Source: Eledone cirrhosa (Eukaryota). Taken from it: a DNA stretch of 64,000 nucleotides. Shown in pieces: positions 41,629 to 55,812 of this stretch. Each line of letters begins with the position of its first letter. Position 1 is the first letter of the stretch. Location: positions 109,306,001 to 109,370,000 of the forward strand of contig OZ024743.1 in NCBI GenBank assembly GCA_964016885.1, given 5' to 3'. Under the pieces are notes generated by a model. That model was not told where the DNA came from, did not search any database, and saw only the letters and a list, made by a program, of their open reading frames with translations. The position numbers and the translations under genes were made by a program.

Positions 41629-42466
41629 TGTGTGTATGTGTGTGTGTGTATGTGTGTGTTTATCTGTGCATATTTTGGTTAGTGTCTGCTCTGGCATACA
41701 TGAGTATTTATTTTGTATTCATATCATATAGATCGTATCGCATTGATATACAGTTTGTCAATAATTCACCACACTTACATACGCCCACGTGACTATCGTG
41801 TAAAAGCTTGCAGGGACATTGAAATAAATGCACATTATGTCTAGTTACACACTCACACACACACACGCACACATAATCATTAAAAACATAAACACATACA
41901 CACACACAATACACTCACACAGATATATCGAACACATTTCATGCTCTTTGTGATTCTGCTTCACTGTATTATGGTTATATGTGCGTTTGCCTGTGTAGTG
42001 GTATATATTATATCACTCAATAAGATCAAATCAATGGGAATATTTTTTTAAGAAGGAAAGAAAATTAAATATATAATAAAAATATAAAACCAAAATCAAG
42101 ATGAAATTTGTTTTTCTCTCTCCCCAAATTCTCACTCTTATACATCAGTGATTTGGTATATTTAAAAATAACATTGACGATCAGAATTTCTCAATACAAA
42201 AGCAAGGATCTGATGTGGTAGTGGTTGGTTCAGCTGCTGTTAGCAGTGGCTCTTTTATAGTTTAGGTGACTATTAAACATTTATCGTTTACTATAGATGT
42301 AATGTAGTATGCATTATGAGTTTTATCATATTATTCACGTGAAACTCTTGCAAAAGGCTGATCACTGAAGTGTACTAAAGATTTCTCCTTCTACCTCGTT
42401 CTCACATTACCGTTCATCTCTCTTTCCCTCACTTTCAATACACACACACACACGCACATACACACA

Positions 42467-42637
<171 letters not shown>

Positions 42638-43036
42638 GGCACGATATATCTAAATAAAACCTCTTGAGAGTTTACAGTTGGTTGTTATAATTTCAGAATG
42701 CTATCATATATTTTTCTTTTAGTTATTTCATTTTCTTTCGTTGATTCTTTCCTCGTGGTCTTGGGTGTCTCTTTTTGCAGCTGGAGGAATAGGTTTTATC
42801 TGTTTATGTGCCCGTAGATATTTTCATTGAATGCGTATGTTGGAAACAGTTTGAGTATGGTCAAAATAAATGCTGAGACTTATCCCAATACTATCATTAT
42901 GACGCATTGATATAACGGTAACATTTCTCTCAATTGCTTTAAAAATTGACTGGATCCATCATTTCTTCCGGGGCGAAATAAAAATCTTGTTCAATGTCTT
43001 ATGAAACCAGTTTAATTTCAGTTGGCATTTTAAGCA

Positions 43037-43095
<59 letters not shown>

Positions 43096-43102
<7 letters not shown>

Positions 43103-43876
43103 ATACTTTGGGAGGGTCATGTTGCCAATAAGAAACACACGCACCAGTGCTTTCACTTCAATTTATTATAATACATTTATAAATTTAGGAATTTATAAAT
43201 TGTCGGTTGGTTGGTTGGTTCCACAACCAGATGATTGTTTATATATTCTCAAAGTTCTTTCGTCACACATTTTGTGACCTCTTCAGTGACTGGGGATTCT
43301 GTTCTTTGTTTTTCTGCCTCTCCTTTGTTCTGTCCTACGCCATCTTGTTTTTGTGTGTGTTGTGTGCTTAGTTTGCGCATGTGTTACATCCGGGTGTCTG
43401 TGTGTGTTTATATTTGTTTATTTACATGTTACTGGTTGGTTGTTTGTTCTATGTGCGTGTGTTTTCATTTTGTCCTTAATTGTAAGTTGTGATGTTGCTG
43501 TTCCATTCATGTTTTCTATTTAATTTTGGTTGGAGTTCATTTATGTTTATTGCCTGTGTGATTTGTCTAAACATTGCGTCTTTTCTGTGTGTAGATTCTA
43601 TTTTTATTTCTATGTTCTCTAATTTACCCTTATATTCTATTTTAGCATGTTGGTAGAGTACAGATGATTCTTTACTATCTTGAAGGTCTCGCCAGTCTTC
43701 ATTTATCCGCTTCCCTATATTCCGAGCTGTCTCACCTATGTACACTATATTCTTATTGAAGTGAAAACACTGGTGCGTGTGTTTCTTATTGGCAACATGA
43801 CCCTCCCAAAGTATAACACTATCGGTTTCAACACACGTTTTCAAATAAAGAATACTGCTAAACAAATTCAGAAACG

Positions 43877-43880
<4 letters not shown>
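43096..43880 (-). mobile_element. Truncated PLE: GIY-YIG remnant plus family C pLTR with inverted ends
   Basis: IVYIGETARNIGKRINE...SVLYQHA...QPKLNRKHEW; 43096-43161 is inverted at 43755-43819. Confidence 0.85.
43248..43290 (-). ncRNA. Family C minimal HHR, intact core
   Basis: gtca-CTGAAGA-g GTCACA aaatg TGTGAC-GAAA-gaac-TT-tgag. Confidence 0.78.
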
Positions 43881-43927
<47 letters not shown>

Positions 43928-44027
43928 TATATATATATTTAAATGTTTATGTAATTCTCAAGTTTTATCTGTATTAATCTATGGGACTGATTATTTAATA
44001 TCATGATTTAATTCTTCTTCTTCTTCT

Positions 44028-44228
44028 TGGCAGTATCAATAGAGCGTCGGGTACTATGCCTTGCGACATAGAGTTACGGCCATTTACGTTCTGAGTTCAA
44101 ATCCTGTCGAGGTTAGCTTTGCCTTTCATCCTTAAAGGGTCGATAAAACAAAGCACCAGTAAGGCACTGGTGTCGATTTAATCGACATCCCCTCCTTACA
44201 AATTGCTGACTTTGTGCCTAGTAGAAAT
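44028..44228 (+). mobile_element. SINE copy
   Basis: tggcagtatcaatagag...ctgagttcaaatcc...ctttgcctttcatcc. Confidence 0.85.
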
Positions 44229-45494
44229 CCTATATTTGTTGTAATTTCAACCTGGTTTACATCACTCGTATAAGTTTGTTCTATATTTCCTTTTATTCAA
44301 CCTTTTGCATTGAACTGTTTGCAATGTTTTGAAGCTAAGTGAGCCAGTATCTCTCTAAGCTTTTTATTTAGCTCTACTTAAAGCATTTACGGGCTATATC
44401 TGCTTCTTGTTTTTTTCAAACACGCGCCTTAATTTTCTGCGAAAATTAAGAAAACGGACAAAAATGTTGGGTCCGCTAAATAGAATGGTAAGCTGTACAA
44501 AGATTGGGACAGCCGAAATTCTGAAAACAATGCCATCAACAGCAGCAAAATTAGCGGTAGTAAACAAAATTAGTCCCGTGAAAATAAAGTGAAATTGACG
44601 GCTCTGCCAATATATACTCCTGTGAATAACGCTGCCCCACTACAGTGATGTAAAGCTCGGCCAAAACCACAGACATCACTACCACCACAACCACCACAAC
44701 TAACACCACGACCACCAGCATCAACACCACCATCACGACCATAGTGTTTCGCCAGCAGTGAATCAACGCATTTGCAAACGTTCTCCGCGTCAACTCAAAT
44801 ATCCAAGCGGCTGTAAGATTCCATTGCTGACGACACCGGGGTGAGGAACAACAACACCACCAGCAGCATTACGAATGGAATCACCACCACTAACTTTGAT
44901 CACCCAGGGTTAAAACGAGGATTGTTCAACCCTTCGCAAAAAGAAATATATATATATATTCACACTGACACGAACACAAACACAAACACAGACACAATCA
45001 ATAACACCTCGAATTCAACTTGCGAATAATAAAAATATAGATTAAGCACAAAAATACTCCCCACCTCACACATATAACTACAACAGAATATGCAGACACC
45101 ACTCACACAACAAACACAAATACTTCCAAAGCACCACCACCACCACCACCACAATCTCACAAACGAAGACAGCCACAATAAACAGAGGAACAAACAAGAC
45201 ATACAACTAATAAGAAGGGCTTCATTGTATTAAGAATGGCCCTGATCGCAGGAAGGTAAGGCATTGAAAAGGAAGGGGAAATATTCTGCACCAGGACATT
45301 TCCCATACCTGAGGATCTAATGATGGTATGTCTGTCCCTCGGTCCATACGAATATATTAGGAAGAGATTTCCTCGAGGCGCGGGGACCCCGAATATGAAA
45401 CCCACACCAAGTATTTTAAAGGGGTCTCCAAAGGAAACCCAATCAACCATGGAAGTCAAACCAGCCGACCTCCAAAAGCCCCCAAGATGTAAGT

Positions 45495-45620
<126 letters not shown>

Positions 45621-46244
45621 AAGAAATATATATATATATTTATATATAGTTTCACGTCAAATTAGCAAACGATACTTCAACACGCATATTTCATCGAACG
45701 GATTTTCAACTCGTCACGTGTTGAAAATCTGTTGGGTAAAACGCAGAAACGTCGAGAATGGTTTGCTAACATGTGGAATTAACTCCACAACGAACTCGTC
45801 CTGGATATAACCCCCAGGATAGTGACTACGTAGTCACTACTTTAAAATCCTTAGCGAATGGTCTTCAAAATATTTTTAAATCAACATACAGTGCATTATC
45901 AAATATACTATAAGTAGATTCATATATACATCGCTATTTCAGAGCACCTATATAATTTCTAATTTTTGCTTGGCATGCAACCGATCTGTATGCTAATGAG
46001 TTTAATCAGCTCGTACACATATCTGGAATTCTATTAGAATCCAGCTTCTATAAATCTCGGCAGAAGCAAAGGAATATGTAGTCTTCACAATCACTACAAT
46101 TGAGAAACGGTACTAGCGTCGACTACTCCACTGTTGTCGAGAGGAAGAATGTGACGTAGTCACTACTTTAAAATTCATGGCGAATGGCCTTAAAAATATT
46201 GTAAAATAAACATACAGTATATTATCAAATATACTACACGTATA

Positions 46245-46302
<58 letters not shown>

Positions 46303-46305
<3 letters not shown>

Positions 46306-46695
46306 CGTTTCTGAATTTGTTTAGCAAGATTCTTTATCTGAAAACGTGTAACAAGTAAATGAACAAATAAATAAACAAATATAAACACACACAGACACCC
46401 GGATGTAACACATGCGCAAACTAAGCACACAACACACACACAAACAAGATGGCGTAGGACAGAACAAAGGAGAGGCACAAAAACAAAGACAATAATCCCC
46501 AGTCACTAAAGAGGTCACAGAATGTGTGACGAAATAACTTTGACAATATATAAACAATCATCTGGTTGTGGAACGAACCAACCAAACGTAAATTTATGAA
46601 TTCCTAAATTTATAAATTTATTATAATAAATTGAAGTTGTCAGGTGGTGCGTGTGTTTCTTATTGGCAACATGACCCTCGCAAAGTATAACAATA
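46303..46695 (+). mobile_element. Family C pLTR copy with degenerate HHR at 46502-46544 (CTAAAGA core)
   Basis: Reverse complement of about 43097-43430; gtca-CTAAAGA-gGTCACAgaatgTGTGAC-GAAA-taac-TT-tgac. Confidence 0.85.
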
Positions 46696-46942
46696 TATAT
46701 ATATATATATTCAACCAATATCATTGCCGCTTCTAATTTACTTTTCTGGAATAGAATAACAGTCATGGAAAAAAACGTATCCATTATAGAACTTTGTCAA
46801 CATAGGTTCATGGATTTGGGCCTGCTTCGGAAAAAATCTGAAAGAATCAACCGGTGAAACATGTATAAAAGAAATGACAATATAATTAGTATATTATATA
46901 TCCGTAGATACATATACATTTCTATTTATCTATGTATGTATG

Positions 46943-47039
<97 letters not shown>

Positions 47040-47055
47040 ATTTATATATATATAT

Positions 47056-47086
<31 letters not shown>

Positions 47087-47097
47087 GAGAGCTGTTT

Positions 47098-47287
47098 AAT
47101 TATGTAATAAACAACATGAGACTATTATTCCATTTACCAAAGGGTTCACGAAGACAGACGAGCTCAACAGTGACATTTGATATCGCTCATCAGAAGAGCG
47201 ATTTCAGACGTCTCTGCTGAGCTCGTCTGTCTTCGTGAAACCTTTTGTAAATGGGATAATTGTCTTATCTTGTTTATTACATAATTA
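47098..47287. repeat. Imperfect foldback element (MITE-like), about 190 bp
   Basis: ttcacgaagacagacgagctca / tgagctcgtctgtcttcgtgaa, extending out to aattatgtaataaacaa / ttgtttattacataatt. Confidence 0.8.
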
Positions 47288-47322
47288 TATATGTGTGTGT
47301 GTATGTGTTTGTGTTTGTGTGT

Positions 47323-47381
<59 letters not shown>

Positions 47382-47599
47382 TGTGTGTGTGTGTGTATGT
47401 GTGTGTGTGAGAGTGTGTGTACGCGTGTGTGTAAAATGACATCTATGTATAAAGAAATGACGACTACGGGACTAGCATGCTGCTGGTACTTTAAGAGTAA
47501 TTGATAAATGAAATAAATTTGTACCATCTGTTCCAATGGATTGACTACAATATTTATCTATCGTGTATCTTCGTTGCAGTTCGGAATAGCATACATACT

Positions 47600-47643
<44 letters not shown>

Positions 47644-48226
47644 GTAATAATAATAAATTCGAAGCCTAAAATCCAAAATTTAATATGTTATTTTAATATA
47701 TATATTTCTGTATATACTTATATATATATACATATTTTGTATATATTTATATATATATATTTGTGTATATATTTATACACACATACACACACACACGCAA
47801 ATATATATATATATATACAGATAGATATATACATACATATGTGAGTGTGTATGTGTGTGTGTGTGTGCAGATATGAGGGGAAATGCGTGTTCGCGTACTC
47901 CAAATTCTGAAGAAATAATTTAAAGAGAAAGAAAATCTTAATTGCAATCTCTAGATACGTTGATAGGAAAATGTAGAAACAAAAATCACTGAAAAGTCTC
48001 ATAAACATAGATTCAGTTAGACGTTTATAATTCTGAATTCATGGTTGCTGAGTTGGGAGTAGTTTATCAGATCTAACTTGAAAAATCTTCACACATACTA
48101 AACATTTCGTGACTGAGGCTAATATATTATATTGATAACTATTTACGAAAGAGGTATTAAACTATGTAAATCTTTCTCTCTCTCTGTTTCTGTCTTCCTC
48201 TCTTTCACTCCTTATTTCTGTATAAT

Positions 48227-48267
<41 letters not shown>

Positions 48268-48374
48268 TACATACATACTTATATATATATATATATATAT
48301 ATGAATATATATATATATATATATAATAATATAAAATAAATAAGTCAAATGTTTAAAATGTGGCTTCGTTTATT

Positions 48375-48429
48375 ACTGCTATATATATTTCGGTGACAGC
48401 TATCTTTGGCTGTGATCTCTTCAGGCAGT
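48375..48429 (-). ncRNA. Type I HHR (family E), intact; inverted degenerate copy at 48803-48851
   Basis: actgc-CTGAAGA-gatcACAGCcaaagataGCTGTcacc-GAAA-tatata-TA-gcagt. Confidence 0.8.
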
Positions 48430-48680
48430 CCAAATTAGTGTGGTAGAGACGAATACACATGATGTTGAGGTGTTTAACTTTGTCAATACTCTGATATGCC
48501 CAGTTCCTGGTTGGGTTGTTATTTCACTGAGGAACTGGAATCATATATGAAGGAATTGGGACCCAGCACCCAACAATTCTTGAGTATCGGTATATGTCAG
48601 TGTTGTAATTATTCATACTAAAATCGTCCTATGGACTGAATGGTCTTATTTTTGTTTATTTTCACTTAATTTATCTTTCA

Positions 48681-48752
<72 letters not shown>

Positions 48753-48852
48753 GAATAAACACCTCAACAACACGTGTACTCGACTCTACCACACTAATTC
48801 GGACTGCCTGTAGAGGTCACAGCCAAAAATAGTTGTCACCGAAATATATATA

Positions 48853-48937
<85 letters not shown>

Positions 48938-48944
48938 ATATTAA

Positions 48945-51900
48945 TGGATTTGAAGACTATAATCCAAAGATGGTTCGATAAGTATAAATATATATCAAAT
49001 ATATGAGAACCGTAGAGCATATATTTATTAAAATAACATATTAAAATTTAAGCAAAGAATCGCTGTTTTCACCCTTAACGGGATCTTCTGAAACTAACAA
49101 TGTCAATCTCTGAACGTAGAAGTGAATATTTCAAACAACGTTGCAACCGGAGGAAGACAGGAAGACGATACTTTGGTTCGTGGAAACGTCCCCTGGCAAA
49201 GAACGGGGAAAAAACGAATATAATACGTCATTATTTGGAACGGTGAAAAACAATTACACGCAAAGACAAAACCACGTTTATGGTATAGAAGAAGACGTAG
49301 ACTAATATTAGGTGGTTCATAGTGACGTTCTCTGGCAATGAACGGAAAAAACGAAGATAATACGCCATATGTTGTGGGGAGAACAATTGCACGCAAAGAC
49401 AAAAGCATGTAAATGGTATGACTGAAGTCGTAGACAAAAATTCTAACTATGAAACCGAATGATTCTTGGCTTCAGAGTTAAGAATAAAGTAAATAAAATA
49501 CAGAGGTAAATGAAATTAAATAAATACATACACGCATCCATATACGTACATACACACGCATACCCGAAAACTCGACATAGGTATACAAATACACGAACGT
49601 ACACAGAAAAAAAAACAAAAAAAACGCACGGACATACAGAACCCACTCAACGCCTGTACCCGCACACATACGAATGTATACGACAAATACACATAGGAAT
49701 ACATATATAAACAAAATTATATATATATATATACATATATATATGTGTGTGCGCGTGTGTGCGTGTATACATATAATTAAATAAACGTATATAAATAAAT
49801 AAATACGTATATAACTAGCGCACACACATACCTACATGTAAATACACTTATGTTCGGAGACCTACGTCAAGCAAAACACGATGTACACATATACACACAC
49901 CCTACATACGTACGAACCCGCATACTCACACAGACGCAAACTCATGTATACACATAACCAAAAGCATATCTACGGTAAAATATAATATATACGCCATAAC
50001 ATACACAATCAAATATACGTACGAGAAAGTATACGTACCTTCACAAAACATACAGGTAATATATACTTTCCTATACAAACAAGTAATGGTATAAATATAA
50101 CATATACTTAGCTACCACATCAAGACGTAAAATAACCGCGTATAGTTCCTACTATGAGTTAGGGTATAATGTGGGGCTGTAATACAGAAAAGGTTTTGTG
50201 CAATATATGTTTAGAAGCCGAAATTGCCTCAGATTTTTTGTTTAAGATGTGGTCTTTGGTGTAGAGTATTTCCAGGGCCTCAACGGTGCAGAGGTCACAT
50301 GGTCTTTTATTTCCGTTATAGGATCTAGCACTAGCTAGGATCTCCCAGTGTAAATTATATTGGGTGTGGTTGTCTTTTAGACTCCAGGTATAAGCTGAAA
50401 GTGACGTCATATTCCTTCTTAAAAGGTAATGAAAAGAATGGGTATGCATGTACAGACGCTGCTTGAAACTATTGGCGGTTAACCCTATGTAGGTGCTACG
50501 GGACGTGGGTGTTTCAACCTTACATTTGTAGACAATGTTACTAGAGAGGCATTTCCCGGATAGGGGGCAGTCAACACGGTTTCTACAATTACAGTTAGTA
50601 CTAGCTACAGGGTTGCACGTGTTCCTACGGCTAGATAGTTTAGCGAAATTTGAAGCTGTGATGTTATGTGCAAGGTTAGGAGTCGTAGAGTAAGAAATTT
50701 GAATACTATTTCTATAAAAAATTTTACTATATTTATGTGTAGGGGAAAATGCTTCATAATAAGAGAGAGAAAGATCTTAGCTAATGGTGTGGCCACCTCC
50801 ATATTATATGGTGGGTTATACCATATAATGCGTCGGGATCTATTTCTTCTAGATCTATTCTCGTACTCTGTATACGCTACCTAATCGACAAATCCACTCC
50901 GAACAAGAGCTTCATTGTAATATGTGGATCGGTCGTTGGAAATATGCTTGTTAGTAGATAGACGGGAAAGCCTCAAAGAAACGTTTTTACCAGGTTCTTG
51001 GTTATGCTGGTAGGATGGTTAGAATTCTTGCTTATGTATTTAAGCGTATCATTCGGTTTTCAATGTGGGTAATGCAAGCCATTCGATAAATTGAGGGTAA
51101 CGTCGAGGTAATTAACGACCGAGAGGTTGGCCTCAACCTGTATGGGGAGGTTGAAGCCTTTAAAAAGGCTTTGCGTTCTTTTCTGAACCTGTCGTAAGCG
51201 AGTGGGCCGCACTTAGTCATGGTCAAAAGACCATCATCACGGTACAAACCACCTCCCACGTTGGGGAATTCTTCCTTGATAGAGAAAAGAAGGAAAAGGC
51301 CCATAAGTGCAGTAACCTCCGCAGAATTGGTGGCGCCCATACTCACGGCGAATGGGGTAATACTAGATTTTTTAATCCAAATAGAGTCGTCCAAATTAAT
51401 CACCGACTTACGGGCATTGACGATGATATCAACTTCGAAATCCTTAACCACTGTGAGTGTTTTAGTGAAATTGATAGCTCTAAGGAGAAGTGGTAAAGTG
51501 ATGGAGGAGTAGTAATTATTGATGTCGAATTGGATAAAACGGCAATTTTCCTTGTTGCATATGCGGTTGAATCAATCAATCACCGCGAAAGAATTGTGCC
51601 ACAGTGCAAGATGGGACACATTTCTAATTTCAGGTATCATTCTATCAAGAATCCTTTTACTAAGTCTACCTAAATCGGACTTCGAAGGGTTACTAAGCCG
51701 AATAGAGGGGCTGTTCGGAAAAATGGATTTGTGATCCTTCAGGGTAAAGTGGGGAGAAATAGCGTCCAGAGTTTCAGGCCGGTCCAGGATGTTGAGATCA
51801 GAGGTGATTTTAAACCCAGCATCGTTGATTTCATTATTGACGCTCCGATTAGTTTTACATTAATCCTTAGTTATAGCATTATGAGGTAGTTGATGGTAAG

Positions 51901-52736
51901 TACTGCGCTCCACTTGATATAGATTGCCAGTTTTGTCGGAATGGACGTGAACGGCATTATAATCCTAATAGAACGAATTCTATTCTTCAGGTCCTGCTGG
52001 AAGGTACTGCTCCTATTCCGAAATTTGATACTCCGTATGAGTTCCAAGTCATCAGTTTCGAAGAGTAGCAATGCTAGGTTACTCGGAGGGTTATTATAGG
52101 TTTTAATCCCAAATTTATCCTGTTTGTTGTTTGCTTTTCCATGATTATCGAAATAAAAGGCACGCCAACGCAACCTTTTAATGAACGCGTCTGTTTTCTG
52201 TATCAGGAGTTTTAGGTATGTTTTCCTGCTGTGTACGGGTATGTTCTTTGTAGAAATATTCAGATGTTGTTTCTGTATGATGAATATAAGACAATAGAGT
52301 GATCAACCAAGACAGCCAAATAGTAATAATAATAAATACGAAGACTAAAATCCAAAGAGGGCTCGATAAGGATATATATATATATCAAATATATAAGAAC
52401 TGTAGAGCATATATTTATTAAAATAACAGATTAAAGTGTAAGCAAATAATTGCTGCTTTCACCCTTAACGGGATCTTCTGGAACTAACAAAGTCAATCTG
52501 TGAACGCAGAATAAAATATTTCAAAAAAAGTTGCAACCGCAGGAAGACAGGAAGACCATACTTTGGTTCGTGGAAACGTTCCCTGGCAAAGTACGGGGGA
52601 AAAAAACGAATATAATACGTCATTATTTGGAGCGTTGAAAAACAATTACACGCAAAGACAAAACCACGTTTATGGTATAAAAGAAGTCGTAGACTGATAT
52701 TCTATTAGGTGGCTCATAGAGACGTTCTCTGGCAAT
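48945..52736 (-). mobile_element. Near full-length Naiad-type Penelope-like element with direct pLTRs (about 52335-52736 and 48945-49440)
   Basis: The two pLTR copies align and bracket a disrupted RT-GIY-YIG ORF. Confidence 0.92.
50159..52278 (-). pseudogene. Disrupted PLE ORF (reverse transcriptase plus C-terminal GIY-YIG endonuclease)
   Basis: NISTKNIP..FIKRLRWRAFYF; FAVSMGATNSAEV; GGLYRDDGL; IIWYNPPY; CNCRNRVDCPLSGKCL..IVYKC; TYIGLT; CDLCTVE; LNKKSE; frameshifts and stops, no ATG evident. Confidence 0.92.
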
Positions 52737-52743
52737 ATCGTAT

Positions 52744-54660
52744 TCCGATTTAGGTAGACTTAGTAAAAGGATTCTTGATAGAATTATACCTGAAATTAGA
52801 AGTTTGGCCCCTCTTGCACGGTGGAACAATTCTTTCGCGATGATTGATTGGTTCAACGGCATATGCAACAAGGAACATTGCATTTTATCCAATTCGATAC
52901 CAATAATTACTTATCCTCCATCACTTTACCACTTCTCCTTAGAGCTATCAATTTGCCTAAAACACTCACAGTGGTTAAGGATTTCGAAGTTGATATCATC
53001 CTCAAAGCCCGTAAGTCGGTGATTAATTTGGACGACTCTATTTGGATTAAAAAATCTAATAGTACCCCTTTCGACGTGAGTATGGGCGCCAACGATTCTG
53101 CGGAGGTTACTGATCTTATAAGCCTTTTCCTTCTTTTCTCTATCAAGGAGGAATTCCCCAACGTGGGAGGTGGTTTGTACAGTGATGATGGTCTTTTGAC
53201 CATGACTAAGTGCGGCCGATGTGCTTGCGACAGGTTCAGAAAAGAACTCACAGCCTTCTTGAAAGGCTTCAACCTCTCCATATAGGTTGAGGCCAACCGC
53301 TCGGTCGTTAATTACCTCGACGTTATCCTCAATTTATCGAATAGGTTGCATTACCCGTATAGAAAGCCGAATGATACGCTTAATTACATAAGCAAGCATT
53401 CTAACCATCCTGCCAGCATAACCAAGAACCTGGTAAGATACGTTTCTTTGAGGCTTTCCCGTCTATCTACTAACGAGCATATTTTCAACGACCATTCCAC
53501 CACGTATTACAATGAAGCTCTTGCTCGGAGTGGATTTGTCGATAAGGTAGCGTATACAGTACAAGAATAGACCTAGAAGAAATAGACCCCGACGCATTAT
53601 ATGGTATAACCCACCATATAATATGGAGGTGGCCAGCCCATTATCTAAGTGCTTTCTCTCCCTTATTATGAAGTATCTTCCTCCTACACATAAATATAGT
53701 AAAATATTTTATAGAAATAGTATTAACATTTCTTACTCTAAGACTCCTAACCTTACACATAACATCGCAGCTTCAAATTTAGCTAAACTACCAAGCCGTA
53801 GGAACACGCGCAACCCTGTAGTTAGTACTAACTGTAATTGTAGGAATCGGTTTGACTTCTCCCTATCCGGGAAATGCCTCTCTAGTAACATTGTCTACAA
53901 CTGTAAGGTTGAAACACCCACGTCCCGTAGGACCTACATAGGGTTAACCGCCAATAGATTCAAGCCGCGTCTGTACTTGCATACCCATTCTTTTCGTTAC
54001 CCTTTAAGAAGAAATATGACGTCAGCTTATATCTGGAGTCTAAAAGACAACCACACCCAATATAAGTTACACTGGGAGAACCTAGCTAGGGCTAGATCGT
54101 ATAACGGATATAAAAGACCATGTGACCTCTACGCCGCTGAGGCCCTGGAAATACTCTACACCAAAGGCCACATCTTAAACAAAAAATCTGAGGCAATTTC
54201 GGCTTCTAAACATAAATTGCACAAACCTTTCCTGTATTACAGCCCCACATTAATACCCTAACGGATAATACAAACTATACGCGGATACTTTACGTCTTGA
54301 TGTGGTAGCTAAGTATATGTTATGTTTATACCATTACTTATTTGTATAGGTAAGTATATATTACCTGTATGTTTTGTGAAGATACGTATACTTTCTCGAA
54401 CGTATATTTGTTTGTGTATGTTATGGCGTATATATTATTTTTTCTGGTACATATTCTTTGGTTATGTGTATGCGTGAGTTTTGCGTCTGTGTCAGTATGC
54501 GGGTTCGTACCTATATGTACGGTGTGTGTAAATGTGTACATCGTGTTTTGGCTGACGTTGTCTCCGAACATAACTTTATTTACATGTAGGTATGTGTGTG
54601 CGCTTGTTATATACGTATTTATTTATTTATATACGTTTATTTAATTATATGTATACACAC
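52744..54660 (+). mobile_element. Inverted, 5'-truncated second copy of the same Naiad-type PLE
   Basis: Reverse complement of about 49760-51679; ORFs 52848-53285, 53346-53570 and 53623-54261 carry RT and GIY-YIG motifs. Confidence 0.93.
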
Positions 54661-54695
54661 ACACACACACTCACACACACACACACACACACACT

Positions 54696-54738
<43 letters not shown>

Positions 54739-54802
54739 TTTTTTTTATATATATATTCTTATTACAGTTGAACATTGCAAACTTGACTGTCACCACATAT
54801 TA

Positions 54803-54841
54803 TGAACCTGAAGATTGCTTAAGCATGAAAGTACTTGTTCA
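54803..54841 (+). ncRNA. Minimal type I HHR, intact
   Basis: tgaac-CTGAAGA-t TGC ttaa GCA t-GAAA-gtac-TT-gttca; perfect stem I, palindromic stem III. Confidence 0.85.
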
Positions 54842-54991
54842 ATTAACACTTAGAATTTAATATTCTATCATACTATTTCATTATAATGCCATTATAAATT
54901 TTAAAGGATTGTAGATAAAACGAGTAAATCAGACAAAGTTGGAATTCCTCTTATTAATATAATCTTCTATACACAATCATACACACCCATG

Positions 54992-55092
<101 letters not shown>

Positions 55093-55262
55093 GGATGTGT
55101 AAATACATGCATTCTTTATCGTATGCCATTTCAACATTCTTAATTTCCCTTTCTGTAGATATATCAATTTAATTTTATCTTTTAATCATATCAGGTGTCC
55201 TATCTTAGTATTTATTTCACCTGCTACTTATTTCCCCATATTTTGTCCTCTACACAAACACG

Positions 55263-55337
<75 letters not shown>

Positions 55338-55742
55338 ACACACATACACAACACACACACACACACACACACACCCAAACTCACACACATGCATATACAT
55401 ATATATATAAATACACATATATACATACATATGTCTATATATATATATATATATATTTAAAATAGAAAAAACAAGGATGTTTCGTTTACATAATATAAGT
55501 ATGTATTGCATACAAACATGTTACGCGCATTTCGCTGAGAATTCGCTCATTGTGACCCATAGTAGTTATGGACCCATGGGTCAGCCCGAGCCAATCCTCT
55601 GCGAAACGCACGTAACAGTTCGATAAGCAATACTTCTTTTCCATATGTAAACGAAACTTCTTCTGTTTTTCTAGTATATACATTCTGCCTGTGCATAGAG
55701 TGCTAGATTGGGAACGAATACCAGTATTCCACCGTACTGCCT

Positions 55743-55774
<32 letters not shown>

Positions 55775-55812
55775 ATCTGTGTGTACGGAAAACAATCTGC
55801 CCTAGCGAGTTT

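Noticed and set aside
43815-43850. Second HHR-like string in family C (TTGAAAAcgtgtgttGAAAccgata)
   Set aside because: Stem II overlaps the core and the homologues at 21617 and 62010 do not keep it
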